Source: Squalus acanthias (Eukaryota). Taken from it: a stretch of 64,000 nucleotides of DNA. The translations under genes and the position numbers were made by a program. The stretch lies in contig CM059429.1 of NCBI GenBank assembly GCA_030390025.1, forward strand, positions 138,322,001 to 138,386,000, written 5' to 3'. This document shows, piece after piece, positions 13,612 through 28,192 of this stretch (its first letter is position 1; every line of letters begins with the position of its first letter). The notes under the pieces are model-generated. The model made no database searches and was not told the DNA's origin. It was given only the letters and a program-made list of their open reading frames with translations.

Positions 13612-14405
13612 GGACCATAATTTGCTGTCAAAATAACAATGAGGCTAATAGCGTTCACTGTCATTTATGCGCAAATGCTACAGCAACTTCAGGCGAAGGT
13701 AGATGCGCCGTTAAATGCAGAAATCCAAAGGTTGCTGCCCGAGATGCACCACTCTGCCGTTAGCTTCATAAAAACGGGATCTCGCTGTGTGGTTCACCAT
13801 TGAAACGCATTGAACGGCGTGAAGTTGCTGTACTTGCGCAGTAGATACAAACTAAACTTGCCACAGAAAGTTAAGTCGAAGTACCCTTCATTTCAGTCTA
13901 AGTATCCTTTTAACCATGTGATAAGTGTTAATTACTGCCAAACAACCTCTCTGGCACTGAAATTTAAACTATTACAAGTGTGGAGTCTCATTCCTTCAGG
14001 TTTTAATTGTTGTTAGAGATTTAAAAAATGTGAAATTTTAAGTAAAACTTTTTTTTAGCTGTTCCTTTCTGTATCTTTTTTCTCTCTCTTAATCCAATCT
14101 TTCTTTCCCTCTCTATTTCTCTTTCTGTACCTGATTTGACATTGAATTCATCCATTCTAATTTACACTTCTTTCTCAGTCCTTGCGCTCTTAATTTCACA
14201 ATCCTTCAATCTGCTGGTTAAGGAGATACACAGTTGCTGGCCCTGTTCACTCAGGTCCCAGAGGTCCGGTTTCCCTCGCTGCGACGTTATCAGCTTGCAC
14301 TTTGAGCAAATTGCAGCACAAAATACTATTGCGATTAAGCAGGCAAGGGCAAGTCTAACTAATGGCGGACACTGTTCGTTGCCCTGCTACAGCAAATTAT
14401 AGCCC
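13612..14405. mobile_element. Harbinger-type MITE
   Basis: TIRs ggaccataatttgctg / cagcaaattatagccc; no clear TSD. Confidence 0.6.
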
Positions 14406-15204
14406 ATTGTTTTAAAACTTAGCCGGCACAGGCACGATGGGCCGAATGGCCTCCTTTTGTGCTGTATCGTTCTATAACAAAGCTTTACTTTACAGTGAAG
14501 TGAGCTGAATTAGAACTGCTGTAAAATTGTTTCCTTTAGAAGAGGAAAGGAATGAGACTTAGGAAAGGCCCCTCAGAAAACAATGGACCCTTTCAGTCCA
14601 TTTGGAGTTTGGACATTTAAATATTGAGATCTTGTTGATATGTTATAAGCTTGGTATTTCAAATCCAAGCAGGAATGGAGCCCATTGTGTACTGCTGCCC
14701 TGTTGTGCTACATGCTGTTGATGTGATAAACAGTGGCCTAGAAATTCTGCCTGGCAGTGTATACTGGGCGCAGCGAACAGTCCCTGCATCTGAGCAGCTG
14801 GCCTTGAGCACACCCAATATTGGGCCTTGGGCCTCATTTAAATGAAACCAGCGAGTTGTAGATATGTGCTGGGCGTCCCCAGGCAGCTTGCCAGCAAAGA
14901 GGCTTCGTGTTTTGGGCTGCAAGAAAAAGATATGCTAAGTGATATGGGAATATTCATTGGTTTGTGATGGTCAGATTAGTTCTTGGGTCTGCTGCCAAGT
15001 CATATTTTAAGATAGTCCAGTGTGACTAAGATAAAGCAACAAGATCATTAAAGTTTCAGAGAGGGCTTTTAAACTAATTTTAAACAAAAACATCTAAACA
15101 AAAAGTTTCTAAAACAAGAAGTTATGGATGGAGGAAACCAAAATGAAAATAGCTTGTGGTGCCCACTGGTCAAGGAAGGCATCTAATGAGCCGGCAGACA
15201 CTGC

Positions 15205-15845
15205 GGGCTGGATTTTGATACTGGGGCGGGTTGGGGTCGTGTCATCCACCCGACTGCAATTGGATGTGGGAGATTGATGCAATTTTCACCTAATTGGGCA
15301 ATTGAGTTCCAGCATGTGGGAACCCATGACCCAATTAGTGTTTTCAGTCTGAAAGTCGCCTTTGATGATGTCATCATTGCTGCTGCATTGAAGGTCTTCA
15401 AAGACTGCCTGGCCTTTGCTGTGAGAGGACCTGCAAAATAAGCAGCAGCCCTAAGTCTGCTCCCAGATATTTTTACACCACCACTCCCAGATATGTCTCC
15501 TCTCTATCCATCCATATACATCCACATAGCCATCCATATATGCATCCCCATAGCCAGCCAGCCAGCCCGCCTGCCCAATCGTGGTTCAGAACAGGCGTGC
15601 TTCACGTAGAACAAGGGTTAAAATCACAAAGGCCTTTCAAAATGGCATCATAGAGCCAATTTAGTGCCTGTTAAGGGCCTTAACAGCCTATCCCGCCTCT
15701 TAAAGGCGGGACGGAGCTGGGACCAGCAGACACGATTTAATGAAAATTGCATGGAGGCGGACTTGTGCCCGCCCGCCAGTTTTCGCAATTTTAACCCCCC
15801 ACACGCCTCCAAACCCGCCTCCACGGGTCAATGAAAATCCAGCCC
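15205..15845. mobile_element. Harbinger-type MITE
   Basis: Perfect 12-bp TIR gggctggatttt / aaaatccagccc with 3-bp TSD tgc (15202-15204, 15846-15848). Confidence 0.8.
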
Positions 15846-17223
15846 TGCATGTTGATGTTCAAAGGTCGCCTAGGCATGAACTATAGCTTGAAAGATGGAC
15901 ATGTAGTTAGAGGAAACTTGCCCAGTGCTTCTGTGTGTCCTGGATTGTAGATGGCTGACTTGTCTGGGCCCAGGAGGTTCCACTTCCAGGGCATCTAGGT
16001 ATGAAACCAGAATTGGTACCAGTGTGAACTGAAACTGGTCTGAAGTACTGATTTTGAACATATAAATTGTATTGTTTAGGATGTTAGATTTTGGCCTATT
16101 ACAAATTGTAACAAGCACAGTAAAACAAGCACTGACTCTTAGTAAAACAGACTAGGAAGAGGTGGTATGGTCTCAAAATAATAAGCTCTACTTTGTGTAA
16201 TAAATCTCTCCTGCTATTGTGAACACTAATGAACGGGGGTGAGGTTTAGCTTCTGGGCAACGTAATTATGCAGAATGTGTTGAATTTCATATTATAATAA
16301 CAATCCTCTCCGCACCTTCATTAGCACAGTTCTGAGACACTTTGGGAAATTGCACAACATCCACCCACTTCTGGGCTAGGGCAACCAATTATTTTAGCAG
16401 TTGAGTACTCAGTCAGTAACTGAAATGTTCAGTGGGGAATTTAGACATTAAAGGTTTTGTAAAATGGAGCCATTTTCCTCCTTAAAATGTGCATTCAGCT
16501 TCTCGCACAATAACCTGCCTTTGTCACCCTAAACCAGCTTCTACTCACTCACCGTACATTTCTCATTCATTGTCCAGGATAGCGCACATCATCTTCAACG
16601 ATTACCCAGCTAAAAGGCTGAAAAGAATGAAATAACATTTCAGCTTTTGTTACTGAAATGGTGCCAGCAGAATTCTGTTAGAGCAAGAATCGAATGACTG
16701 CACCTAATGTGTTTTACCCAGCACAGATTATCTTGCTTGAACTAAAAAAAAATCTTTTATTTAGTTTTCCCTTGATAATATAATTGATGTATTTAATCTG
16801 TTGCTATGTCACTAGCCAGCGGAGAGTTATAATTAGGGATACAGATTGGCCTATTAATAGTCCATTCTCAAAGATCATTAACCCTTTTACCTTCTAGTTC
16901 TGATAATTTAGGAGCTCTCAGGACATCACTAGGTTCTGGTTGTTGTGAAATTATTGTTGAAAGGCGCTTTGGTCTCTTAAAAAAAATTACTCAAATTCTT
17001 ACTAAATTCCATCTGTTTAATTCACAAAATGCCACACAATTGCGATACTATCAATGTTGGAACAAAAGATAAAAGTAGCAACAGAATCAGTACTGTCCTG
17101 AGTACATTTTGTTCAAAGCTAAATAGATAGATAGAAAATAGGAAAAGAGAGGCTAAAAAGAAGCAACTAAATAGTAATAAGGTAGTTATGGTAAAAATAC
17201 AAAGAAATCTGCTCATTTTAAAA

Positions 17224-17460
17224 ATGTGTGTGTATGCGTGTGTGTAATTCTGTCTGTATCTATGTGTGTCTGTCTATGACTGTATCTGTAGACGTGTCTG
17301 TATACCTATCTGTATTTATGGGTTTGCTTATGTGTCTTTATTTGTGTGTGTGTGTGTGTCTGCATCTTTGGGTCTGTGTGCCAGTCTCTATCTGTATGTG
17401 CCTGTGTGTCTGTATCTGTGTGTGCTGTCTGAGTCTGTATCTGCATGCTTGTGTGTGTAA
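17224..17460. repeat. Degenerate (TG)n-rich microsatellite
   Basis: tgtgtgtg / tgtctgtatc low-complexity run. Confidence 0.85.
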
Positions 17461-20064
17461 CGAGTTCTGTGGTAATTTAGAAATGTTTAAAAACCTAATG
17501 GGGATGATGACTATAAATGTTCTCCTCCCTTTCTTTTTATGTCCCCCCACAACAAAAGGTCTCGTATATTTGCATATTTCACCTATAATTTTTCAATGTG
17601 CAGCAATAGAAATACAGAAGCAGTGTTTTCCTTTATACTTTTTCATTTCTCTCCCTTGTGCTTTCCGCTTTATTTTTCCAGCCATCATCCATAATTCCAA
17701 ACAAACTATTAATTTATCTAAATCTATTCACTAGGACCGAATACTAGCTTTTGTTTAAGAAATGAGGCATAAAATTGAGTATTCTATGTAGAGAATGTGT
17801 GGTAAATTGGACTGGCACCTTAGAGGGCTGTACTGTATTCTAGATATCCATAAGGATGCACTGGTAGAAACTGCAAGCAGAGATGATGTTGTAGTGAGAA
17901 GATTAAAGGCATTGTTTTTTTTAAATTGGAAATATTTGATCCTCCTTATTACTTCAAAATGATTTGAAGGATGTTTCAGCAGTCCTTGGAGAGAAAGCAT
18001 TTGCTAGATGAACACCACTGACATTTATTAGACGAACATCAGTGTAGTGCGGTAACATGTTATCCATTAACGTATGCCTGATTCAGCTCCATTAATCAAT
18101 ATGTATAGTAGATTCATTGTACTACTCCAAAGCCTATGAGTGCCACATAGAGCTCTTGAAATCCATTTGTCTGGGAACTGTCGTCTGTGCAGTTTCAGTC
18201 TCCTTGTTTTAATTGCCAGCTCATGCAATGTGTTGTACAACATTGGGGAATGTAGTCAGCACTCAGCTAGTTTAAAGTGGATGACATGCTGGTGGCATAT
18301 CAGTAATGCAATGTTCTTTTTTCAAGAATGTTAAATCAGCATCCTTTTTTTTTAAAGCTGCTGCTTGGAGCAGCAATTTTTTGACATTGCGAATCTTTTT
18401 ACATCCCAGGTCCAAGCTGGGGTGTCTCGAGGCACAATGGGCCCAAAAACCCGTGGGCCCAACAGTGACCTCTGGCGTTGATCCCACCAAAGTTCTTGGA
18501 GTCGTGGTCATTTAATTAAAATAATTGCGCAAGGCAGCCATGCTACTAAGGGCACATCTCAGATGCCGCTGTAGGGAAGATACTGAAAATTGCAGTTTAT
18601 GTGTCCAGGTCCAGCGGGAAAGATGCCTTATTTGGGCCCATCGATAGCCATTAGAGGGGGGAAACTAAAATTGCTTAGAATTCTTCAGGGGACCAGGCCA
18701 TGATACAGGCCTGGATCCCCAGGTGGCCACAACTTGTGATATTGGACGAGCTGGAACGCCTGCTCCAACCCAAGTGTACCGGCCCGCCAATGTTCCCACT
18801 AGGCCAGGGACGTGTGAACTCCTGCATGGGAGTCCCTGTCCCTGACCACACCCACTCTTACAACACAAGCCTTGTTGGTGGTGGGCAGAGACTCTGCCCC
18901 CAACAAGGCCCTGTAGAAACTGCCATGTCTGGGTCCTGGTCCTCAGTGCAGAGCTTTCTTTGGACTTCTGTCGAAGTTGCTGTGGGAGTGCGCCAGAACA
19001 GCTATGGATTTTTGGCACCAATGTCTGCAAAAGGTTCCTAGACCTGCAGCCATTATTTCTGCAATGTAATTTTCAACCATACAGTATATATACTGGAAGG
19101 AAACTATTGCTGTTTTTAAACAATACTTTATTCTAAAAGTTCCTATTCCTGGTTCCTCAGGAACCAGTTTACAAAGAAGAACAGTTGCATTACATAGTAA
19201 CTTTTCATGTTTTAATGCATTCTGAGGAACTTGCACTCTGCCTGTTATTTTTAAATTACCAGCAGGAGTAACATTACAATTGGCATGTTAATGTGTGAGT
19301 GCTTTGATTAAATATTAATGTAGTACACATTTGCACAATAAAGATGCAAACACAGCATCTATACAGCAGCTTTTTGGATATAATACCTGTTGTACATCAA
19401 ATTGATGACCTCAATTAATATTTCAAAGCAAAAACAGCATGAGTGCAATGAACATTAAAAGCAGAAACAGGGGGACATCTTTTTTCTGTTTCTCAGCCCA
19501 TGTTTCATAGCTATCTCTGTTGCTGGCCAGATGAAGTCACACTAAAGCTCAGTAAATTCTAAACTGTCTAACTCACCACTGAATAATGTCCTCAATTCTT
19601 CCACAGGCAAAAACAGTTATTCATATGACTCACACTCCTCACAATTAATGAATTGAATGAGGGAAAAGATACACAATGTAGTTCTTGTAGTGGTGTGGTT
19701 AAGCTACCTGCTTTGTAGACCTGTGATTATGAATTTGAGTCACGACGTTGCTGATGATCCGATGTAACCACAGTCACGAGGAGCTTTATTTGATGTCGAC
19801 TAGTCTGCTACATAGGTTATCTCACTGCAGCTCTGTAGCAGACAGTGGGAGGAGAGTGAAGAAGAGGTAGAGGAGAGATTAGTGTCTTGCTTGGAAGTAA
19901 ATTGCCTCCGCACAGATTGGGATGAAGAGCTCGCTCAGCTGCAGAAGATATTATGGTGGCTAGAGTGCTGGAGAGAAAAAAATGAGGAAAATATTAACAA
20001 AATGTATTTTTATTTTGTGTTCACCATTGTCCTGCGCGTGACCAAATCATTTCTTTCCTCACAG

Positions 20065-20472
20065 ATAGTAGATTAAAAGTCAACCAAATAAAAAGGAACC
20101 TTGTAGTAATTGAAAATGACAATATTCATTTGAACTGTACCGTCACAAATCAAACCAGTCCAGACTCGCAATTCTCTGTACAATGGTATGTTCAGAAATC
20201 ACTGGAGAAAGAGAATAAACTCATCCTGAAATCAAACCGTGACTGTGTGTTTGAGTATGGGAACTGGTTAGGAAGAAGCAAGAGGAAGGAGAGACTGCAG
20301 GCTGCAAAACCTTCAAGTGGGCACTACACTTTGGTCTTACAAAAAGCTGATATTGATGACAGTGGCAAATACTATTGTTACGTGGAGGAGTGGCTGCTGA
20401 ACCCCAACAACATCTGGTATAAAGTTGGAGAGAACAGGTCCGGACTGACCACTGTCACAGTCCAGCGTCCAG
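20065..20472 (+). CDS. IGSF3: IGSF3 internal exon, V-type Ig domain (third from last)
   Basis: Acceptor ttctttcctcacag at 20064 and donor G|gtattg at 20473; 408 bp, phase 1-1; translates DSRLKVNQIKRNLVVIENDNIHLNC...VQWY...DSGKYYCYVEEWLLNPNNIWYK...VTVQRP (EWI-family motif). Confidence 0.92.
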
Positions 20473-22021
20473 GTATTGAATCTATCTTTGTTCCTTTCAA
20501 GTATAGAATAAACTTTCAATTCTTGCATGCTTTTGAAGAACTCTCTGTGGAGTGGCGGCAAGGTGCCTTATTAGCAGGAGGGGAGGGGAAATCTGAGCAC
20601 AAGCCATTGCTGGCTGCTCTCGTGCACCTCTCTAGATAACTGCATTGGCAGAGGGCTATGCCCTCCTCTTGGTCAAGGAATGGTACAGAAGTTTAAAAAG
20701 AGGTATGACTCGTATTGAAAAGTGAGCAGAGTGGGAATGAACTCCTGTCGTCTTACTCTGTGATGTGTGATGGTCAGTGTCAACCATCTGAACATAGCAA
20801 CCTCTACCTTTTTAAAAACTCAGGACCAAAAGAGAGTGATATTTTACAGATTCTCTTCCCTGACAGAACCAATCTACCTAATTATATTTTAAAGTCTAAT
20901 TTATTAACGTTTTCGAAGGATTCGATAGCGTTATTTGCAGTGTAAGTGCATTTGTGATATGCTGCAAATTCTGCATTCGACCCTGGTGTTGGCTATCATT
21001 TTCATGGCTATAAACTAGGAGATGGAACTGACGTGAGCATTTGCCACTTTTGATTTGTTTGACATTTTGCTGACTGGCCCCATGGAAGGATTCAGCTTCA
21101 AGGTAAGTGCACTATCATCTTTATTTTACATGTGTTTCTTGGCTCCTTCCGCCCCAAAGCCAGCAACCCAATACCTAAAGCGCGAATTTGTTATACTGTG
21201 TATGACGTTAGTGCTGCAGAGAGGGAGGAGAACCAGGTGGAAACGCACAAATGAAGCAAACTCACCCTGCTCTTTACTAAGAGCCCTCCCATTACAGCCT
21301 CCGCACCAACTTCCCAACAGTTGAAGTGTTAGCGGAAGAGAATTATCTGGGCTTCAGTTATCGCCACAGTCACCATTTTCTGTCTCCAGCTAGGCAATAG
21401 CTACAGAATCAAAATTCACTTGCATTGTTTCACTAAACTGAGAAAGTTGAATATCAATTCCCTCTGGCATTTTATTGGCTCTAGCTGCAACCACTTCTGC
21501 TTAGTGCTGTACAAAGCAAAACAATTGCTGTTCTCATTCTATGTGGTCTTGCGCTGCTCGTTGACAGAACCCAAAGTATACAAGAATTTATGGAAAAAGA
21601 AATCAAACAACTTTTTTTCCAGACTCCATAAAGCAAAAAAGACCAATTTCTTTAGAGCAAGGGTTTCACTGCCAGTAATCCCACACTCTTCAATTAGTTT
21701 TCCAGTTATGTTACTGCAATATCAAGAGACAGAGATAAACTAATTAAATAAACATATATGCTACAGCACATCTACTAATTGATTCAGAAGCATTCTATTT
21801 CACAATAATAAATATAAGGGGCATATGAAGTTTACACTAGGTGAACCCTGACCCTGGAAGTCACTTAGAACACCTCCTTATTAAGTGTTTAACTGAACGA
21901 TTAACAAATAGCATTTACAAAGGTCACAGTGAGGGTCATTAGTCTGATTCTCAAATGTGAATTTGTGTGTTTGAACTGCATGTTTGCATTCTAAAATGTA
22001 AATGCCCTTCATAGTTATAAT

Positions 22022-22765
22022 GGGCCGAAAATTGATCCCGGGACGCGAGAGTACGCACTGCGTACTCTCGCGTATTCCCACTCCAATTGCCGGTTTTCTG
22101 CATGCCCTGCGCATGCGCTGAAAACCGGCAATTGCTCTTCTGAAAAGGGGGCGGGGCCTGGGTGCATCGCGTGCGCGCTACAGGCTGCGCGCACGCTGTG
22201 CACTTCATGCTTTGGACGCGCAGGTAAGTAGGGAAGATTTTGGAAATGTAAAAAGGAGGAGTAAGACCCGCTTTTAAGAAGGTAAGTAGTGAATTAAGTA
22301 TTTTTTTGAATTTTTTTTTACAGGTATATCTTTTTTATAGACTTTAAAGACAGGTAAGTTTATTTTTATAACTTTTTAAAAGATTTTAAATTTTTTCAAA
22401 AATTTAATTTTTTATTTAAAATGGTTAATTTAATTAACTATACTTATTTTATTAATGTGATGGGGTTTTTTTTAAATTTAATTGAGGTTTAGCTGTTATT
22501 TTGCGGGGGTGTAAGATTCATAGATTTAACAGCCATGCTGTGAGACTTATGAATGGAAGATGGTGTGCTGCCATTGGCTCTAACTGAGTCACGTGATCCC
22601 ACAGCTCGCACGAATTCACTACGCCGCTGGGATACGCAAGGCCAGCACAGCTGATGTCTGGAACATCAAGTTCGTGCGAGCTGGATCTGAAAAAGCATAA
22701 GCGAGGTGAGACATCGCGGGGAAGGCTTACCCCCGCGGGAACAGAGCGAGATCAATTTCTGGGCC
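22022..22765. mobile_element. Harbinger-type MITE, family B
   Basis: TIRs gggccgaaaattgatc / gatcaatttctgggcc; 3-bp TSD aat; shares catgcgctgaaaaccggca with 41148-41856. Confidence 0.78.
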
Positions 22766-25677
22766 AATATATTTGATAAAGCAGGATGCCATGGAAATGA
22801 ATAGAAGATAATTTGCCAGGGTTCGCAAACTGGCCGCCCACATTTTGATGACAGAAAGAGACAATATTGGGAATACTGTTCATATTCTCAGTCACGTGCA
22901 TGTGGGTGTATTCACACCCTTTGAAAAGAAAATCAAAGTGTCAAGGCTCAATTGATAAAAGCAACGTGTAACTGAACCATAAAGGTCCCTGTTTTAATCC
23001 TTGATCTCTCCTTTGGTAATTACAAACATACAAAAATGACAGATAGGAAAAAATAATTGGTCCATCAAGCCTGTCCGATATAGTTGTGATCTGCATCATG
23101 ATGCAGACACTTCCTACCAACTTGGAGCCAGGTAATCTCCTGGGAGAGGCGAAAAGCCAGATTAAAAACCCAGGCCAATTCAGGAAAAATCTGGAAAATT
23201 CCCCTCCAACCCCTTTAGGCAATCAAAACTAGTCCAGGAGATTACATTGACCTTGATTTATATTACAGGGTAGCTACCTCTTTTACGAGGTGATCTCCAC
23301 CCTAGCCAGAAGCAGGTCCAGCTCCCTCTTGAAGGAGTGCAGGGAATCAGCGTTCACCGCACAATCTAGACCCTTCATTATTTTATAAACCTCGATCAAA
23401 TTGCCCAAGTCGACACTTCGCTAAAGTATATAGACCCAGTTCTTTGAGTTTATCTGGATAGCTAAGGTGTTTTAAACTGGGAGTCAAATCAATTGGCCTA
23501 AGCCAGAGCAACAGTTATGTGCTATAATATCTTCAGCACTCCTGGGCTGGAGACGGGAAAAATGAGCTAGAGTTCCTATTCCTGACTGATGTCAAGTGAC
23601 CCCTGCTGCAAGTGTGGATGTCAGGTGAGGATATGATCAGGCTCACCTGTGACACCTCCCATGATAAATTACTCAGTGTCTAAGCTTACACAGGAGGAAT
23701 GCCTACTTGGGCAAGATACTGATGCCCACAAAACAGTGTCCGAGAACAAGCCAATACCTTCTGGAAACTAGGGGAGAAAATGACTGCAGGAATGGGGAAA
23801 TTTTGTCATCCTTCTATGCTACTTTGCCGTCTTATTTCAGAGTTTTTGTTTCAATAGTGATGCCAATGACATAACGTCTGAAAACTGGCCGAGAAGAGCT
23901 ACTGTGCCTTACCTGAACTATCATACACAGTTCAAATGACAACATCACTTAAGTGTCTTGAATTGAACAACTTATCTCAACACACATTAATTCAACTGTC
24001 AGGCTCAGTGAACCCTCTCAGACAAATCCCTCAATAATATCCCACTATATCAGCATCAATTAGAATTTAAACAAACATACTCAAATAAGGTAAACTGAAC
24101 CAACAAGAAAAACCCTTTCAGCTGTTTTGCTTGAAATGGGTAAGAACACTTGTTAGGCACCTTCCATAATTATCACAAGGATACAAATAGCAAGGTCTTG
24201 GGTAGGGGTAATGCTTCCTTTGCATGTTTAAAAAATGTATATATAAAAATGATTAATTTTCCCAACTTTGTTAAACTGCAAGGGGTAAACAGAAGACTAT
24301 CCTTTAACACACTTTAAAGCTGACAATTAGGGATGCCCTCTTTAAAGAAAGTGTCAGGAGAATACTTTCAATACATAAAATTTTAAATATTGTTTAAAAA
24401 TATCCTACTTTGTTAGGAGACATTAAGGCCCTTTTCTTTTCATGCTGCTGGTGATGGCAGTCCCAGTTTCTGCTGCAAAGTTGTAATATAAATCAGGTGG
24501 TTTTATATGCCATTTTTTCCAGCCACAAGTGCATTCAGTCCACCCATTCAGACAAGTGATACGGGTTTTACATTGCCAGCGTGTACAGACAATTTGAATG
24601 CAGTTATTTGACTGTTGCTGCTAGTGCTATGGAACTGGCCCACAATGTAAATGGCATGGAATCCACAGCACACAGAGTTCCAGCACATTACAGAACCACA
24701 TCCATTTAAACCAATTTTGAAATCTAAAGAGGCCATCAGTGTTGCAATATAAGTGGCTCCATTGAAATTTCCTTTCCTGGAAACCAATTACGAAATCTGA
24801 GGCTGTACTCATCTGGCACTGCTGAACCAGAGGCTTCACGAGCAATGTCTAGGACAGGAGCTCATGCTGATCTCCATGGTTCCTTTTCTGTGGAGCTGAT
24901 TGCTGTCATTATCTGGGTAGTTCCTTGAAGAAAGTTGACACTCAGGGTTGTGTGTATTCTCATGGCAGAAAAACTACAGTGAAGTTCAAATTATTTTTGC
25001 AGAAGAATTTTCTTTGTAAAACTCACCTAGATTGTGAAAGAAGACAATGAAAGATTGATCCCTCCACACAAATACTTTTCTATGTGTATTATCTGCTCTT
25101 GAGGCTGGTGACCAGTGCACTCAATAATCTTCAGTTTCTCGACAGTTAGATTGTATCAGTGTCTAATATCACTCCCGTCCAGTCCATTATGTCATCTAGC
25201 CATGTTCTTTGCCTGCCTCTTGATCTATTACCAACAACTTTTCCAGACAGTAACCTGAATAATGAGCCCTGTGCACCATTTTCTCATCATAATAAGCCTC
25301 AAAATGAGTTATTTCATTTGAGACCATCTCATTTCTTCCTCTTATTGCTCAACTCATTTTCAGCAAGCGTCAGTAGCATGCGCACAAACACTGCTGGAAA
25401 TCATGTTTCTCTTAGAGTGGCCAGTAGTGCATTTCCAGCAATTTCTGTTTTTATTGCACTAAATTTTCACATTTGATACATATAAATTTAAAAGCTCAAA
25501 CTATTTCCCCATGTCTGTACATAATCACTTTTGTTAACACAGCCAAGTTAATACATTTGAATAGAATATCTGATGAATAAATCTGTTGGGGAGTTATGAA
25601 ACTATGCTTCTATGATACTAAAATTCCTTGGCTGTCAAGTTTCCTTTTATTGAAATTAGAACTTTGTGTATCTACAG

Positions 25678-26087
25678 AAAACAATTTACAAACCGTCAAA
25701 ACTGAAAAGAGTATTACTGTGCCAGAGGACAGCCAGATTCAGCTGGATTGCAAGATCAGCAACCGTACCAACCTGATTCCCAACTATCTGTGGCCTGGTA
25801 TGCCCGGAGAACACTGGAGACAGATAGACATCCCATTCTCAGCCTGAACCGGAATTCTGTTTTTGAGTATGGCAGCTCAGTGGATAACAGTGTGAGACTG
25901 AGGGATAGGCTACGGTTTGAAAGATCTACCCATGAGCTGTATAGTTTGATACTACAGAAAGCAACTACGTCTGACACTGGCAGTTACTACTGTTCTGTAG
26001 AAGAGTGGTTACTTGGCCCCAATAATGTGTGGTATAAACTGGGAGAGGACCAGTCTGGACTGACTACCGTCACTGTACAACAACCAG
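25678..26087 (+). CDS. IGSF3: IGSF3 internal exon, V-type Ig domain (penultimate), with apparent 1-bp deletion at ~25772
   Basis: Acceptor tctacag at 25677 and donor G|gtacgg at 26088; 410 bp (not 3n). The N-part ENNLQ...IQLDCKISNRT is in the frame of ORF 25596; the C-part PDSQLSVAWY...DTGSYYCSVEEWLL...VTVQQP is in the frame of ORF 25748. Confidence 0.88.
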
Positions 26088-26394
26088 GTACGGTATAACT
26101 ATTCATTTCGGTTCAGGAAAAAAGCTTTAATGAAGAGTGGTTTACAAAAGCTATTCCTCTGATTGGCATCAGACCACATTACATCAGGTCACCTTTTTGG
26201 AAATTTTAAGACATGGCTGTATGATATTTAAGAAATTAGATTATACCAAACATTAGCTGAAATCTGGCTTCTAAAATGTATAACCTCCCAGCTGATTGAT
26301 GTGTACTGAGTTGCCTGGCAGAAAAAAGGTGCAAATCAACTCAAAGCAGAGAAGTCCATACATCCCAAACACTATTATACCAGAGCAACTGTCC

Positions 26395-26830
26395 TATTCT
26401 AGGCCGATACTCTCCGGAGTTTAGAAGAATGAGAGGTGATCTCATTGAAACATACAAGATTCTGAAGGGGATTGACAGGGTAGATGCTGAGAGGTTGTTT
26501 CCCCTGGCTGGAGTGTCTAGAACTAGGGGGCATAGTCTCAGGATAAGGGGTAGGCCATTTAAGACCGAGCTGAGGAGGAATTTCTTCACTCAGAGGGTTG
26601 TGAATCTTTGGAATTCTGTGCGCCAGAGGGCTGTGCATGCTGAGTCTTGAGTATATTCAAGGCTGAGATAGATAGATTTTTGGACTCTGGGGGAATCAAG
26701 GGATATGGAGATCGGGCGGGAAAGTGGAGTTGAGGTTGATGATCAGCCATGATCTTATTAAATGGCGGAGCAGGCTCGAGGGGCCATATCGCCTACTCCT
26801 GCTCTTATTTCTTACGTTCTTATGCATTAG
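26395..26830 (+). mobile_element. CR1 LINE 3' fragment
   Basis: RGDLIETYKIL...TRGHSLRI...RRNFFTQRVVNLWNS plus CR1 3' UTR. Confidence 0.9.
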
Positions 26831-28192
26831 TCTCAGTTTTAAATTGCAGTGTTGTTTACGTCATAAATTTAGCACAGAAGTCTTGCCTGTTCAGGCACCA
26901 AATCCATAGCATAACACTGCAAATACTATAACTGTCATTCTTAAATTGCGCCAGCAATTCCCATCTAAACAGTGCTGTCTTGCTCCAATACAGACGCTAG
27001 AGCCAGAACACAGTGCACATCACAGTACCACAATGTGCATTGTACAAATGTCTTGCTTACCATGTGAAACCCCTCCCCCCACACACCCCCCCCCCTCCAA
27101 CACACTCTATCCGTCCCCAAATGAGGTAATATGGGACTAGTAAGTAGATTTAAATGTGTGCAGCTGGGTAAAGTGGAGTGTGTGCTGTGACTTCCCGAAA
27201 GACTTGTGAGAACCACTATTGTGTGCTCTACGTTTCAAAGGAGTTCACTGTCACTGTTCGGGGTTAGCACAATCCTGTCAGTTGGATGATGCAACATTGT
27301 TAAATGCAATTTTACCAATAACAAGGGCACAAGATTGGCCAGTAAAATTCGATACTATCTGCTTTACCCAGGCAGTGGGCTTGTGACAAAATTTCCATCT
27401 GTTTCGACCCCTATTCTGCCCATTATTTTGACACGATTCCCATGACTTCTATCTTAATTGGTGTTCTATGTTAAACAAAAGAAATTTAAAAAAAATTCAC
27501 ATGCAAAGTACTTTGTAAAGTTTAATAAATTCTGTAAGCTATTACTGACCAGTAACTGAGCAAAGTTTATCACATTGCCATGTCCAGCCATATACTACAC
27601 CTTCCCAGCCTACAAGCAATGGTGCATATCCCATATCTGCATACATGCTTATATGCAATGGGCCAAAAAAAAGCACATATGACAGCCACAGGGCTGCCCT
27701 TGAAGAGCCAGAAGTATAATCAGGCAGTTGTACTCAATTTTCTTAGATTAGAATTGTGACATTGGCTACATGTGAGTTATTTTGCAAGGCACAGATATTA
27801 TTAAACGGACAAAAATGAAAAATAACCAAGCAAACCTAATATAGTTATAGCCTGCCGGAGGCAATCTCTTTAAATCTCATTAGCACTGCTGGTGTTAATA
27901 TTGACTTAATCACAGTGTGACTTCTTCAAGAAAAATCATTTGAATTGAAATACCACCTGGACATTCATCCCTGTCTCATTTAGTCATGATTAAGCTGGTG
28001 TACATGACTGGTGGCTACAGGCAGAAAAGGTGTGAGACGTGATCAGATGGGATGGTGAGAGAACTGGATACAGTTTACTCAAGTATGCTGAGGAGGTTGT
28101 CCTCAAGAAAATGGCAAAAAATAATATATTGCTGCATCATAAGGAATCATCTAGCAAAGTTTGAATATCTGAGATCTGCTATACTATAGAAA

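Noticed and set aside
17228-17734. 168-aa Cys/Val-rich ORF
   Set aside because: Produced by a degenerate TG microsatellite.
1-20064. Upstream IGSF3 exons
   Set aside because: No Ig-like translation found by eye or in the ORF track; the preceding exon probably lies upstream of the window, though a very small exon could be missed.
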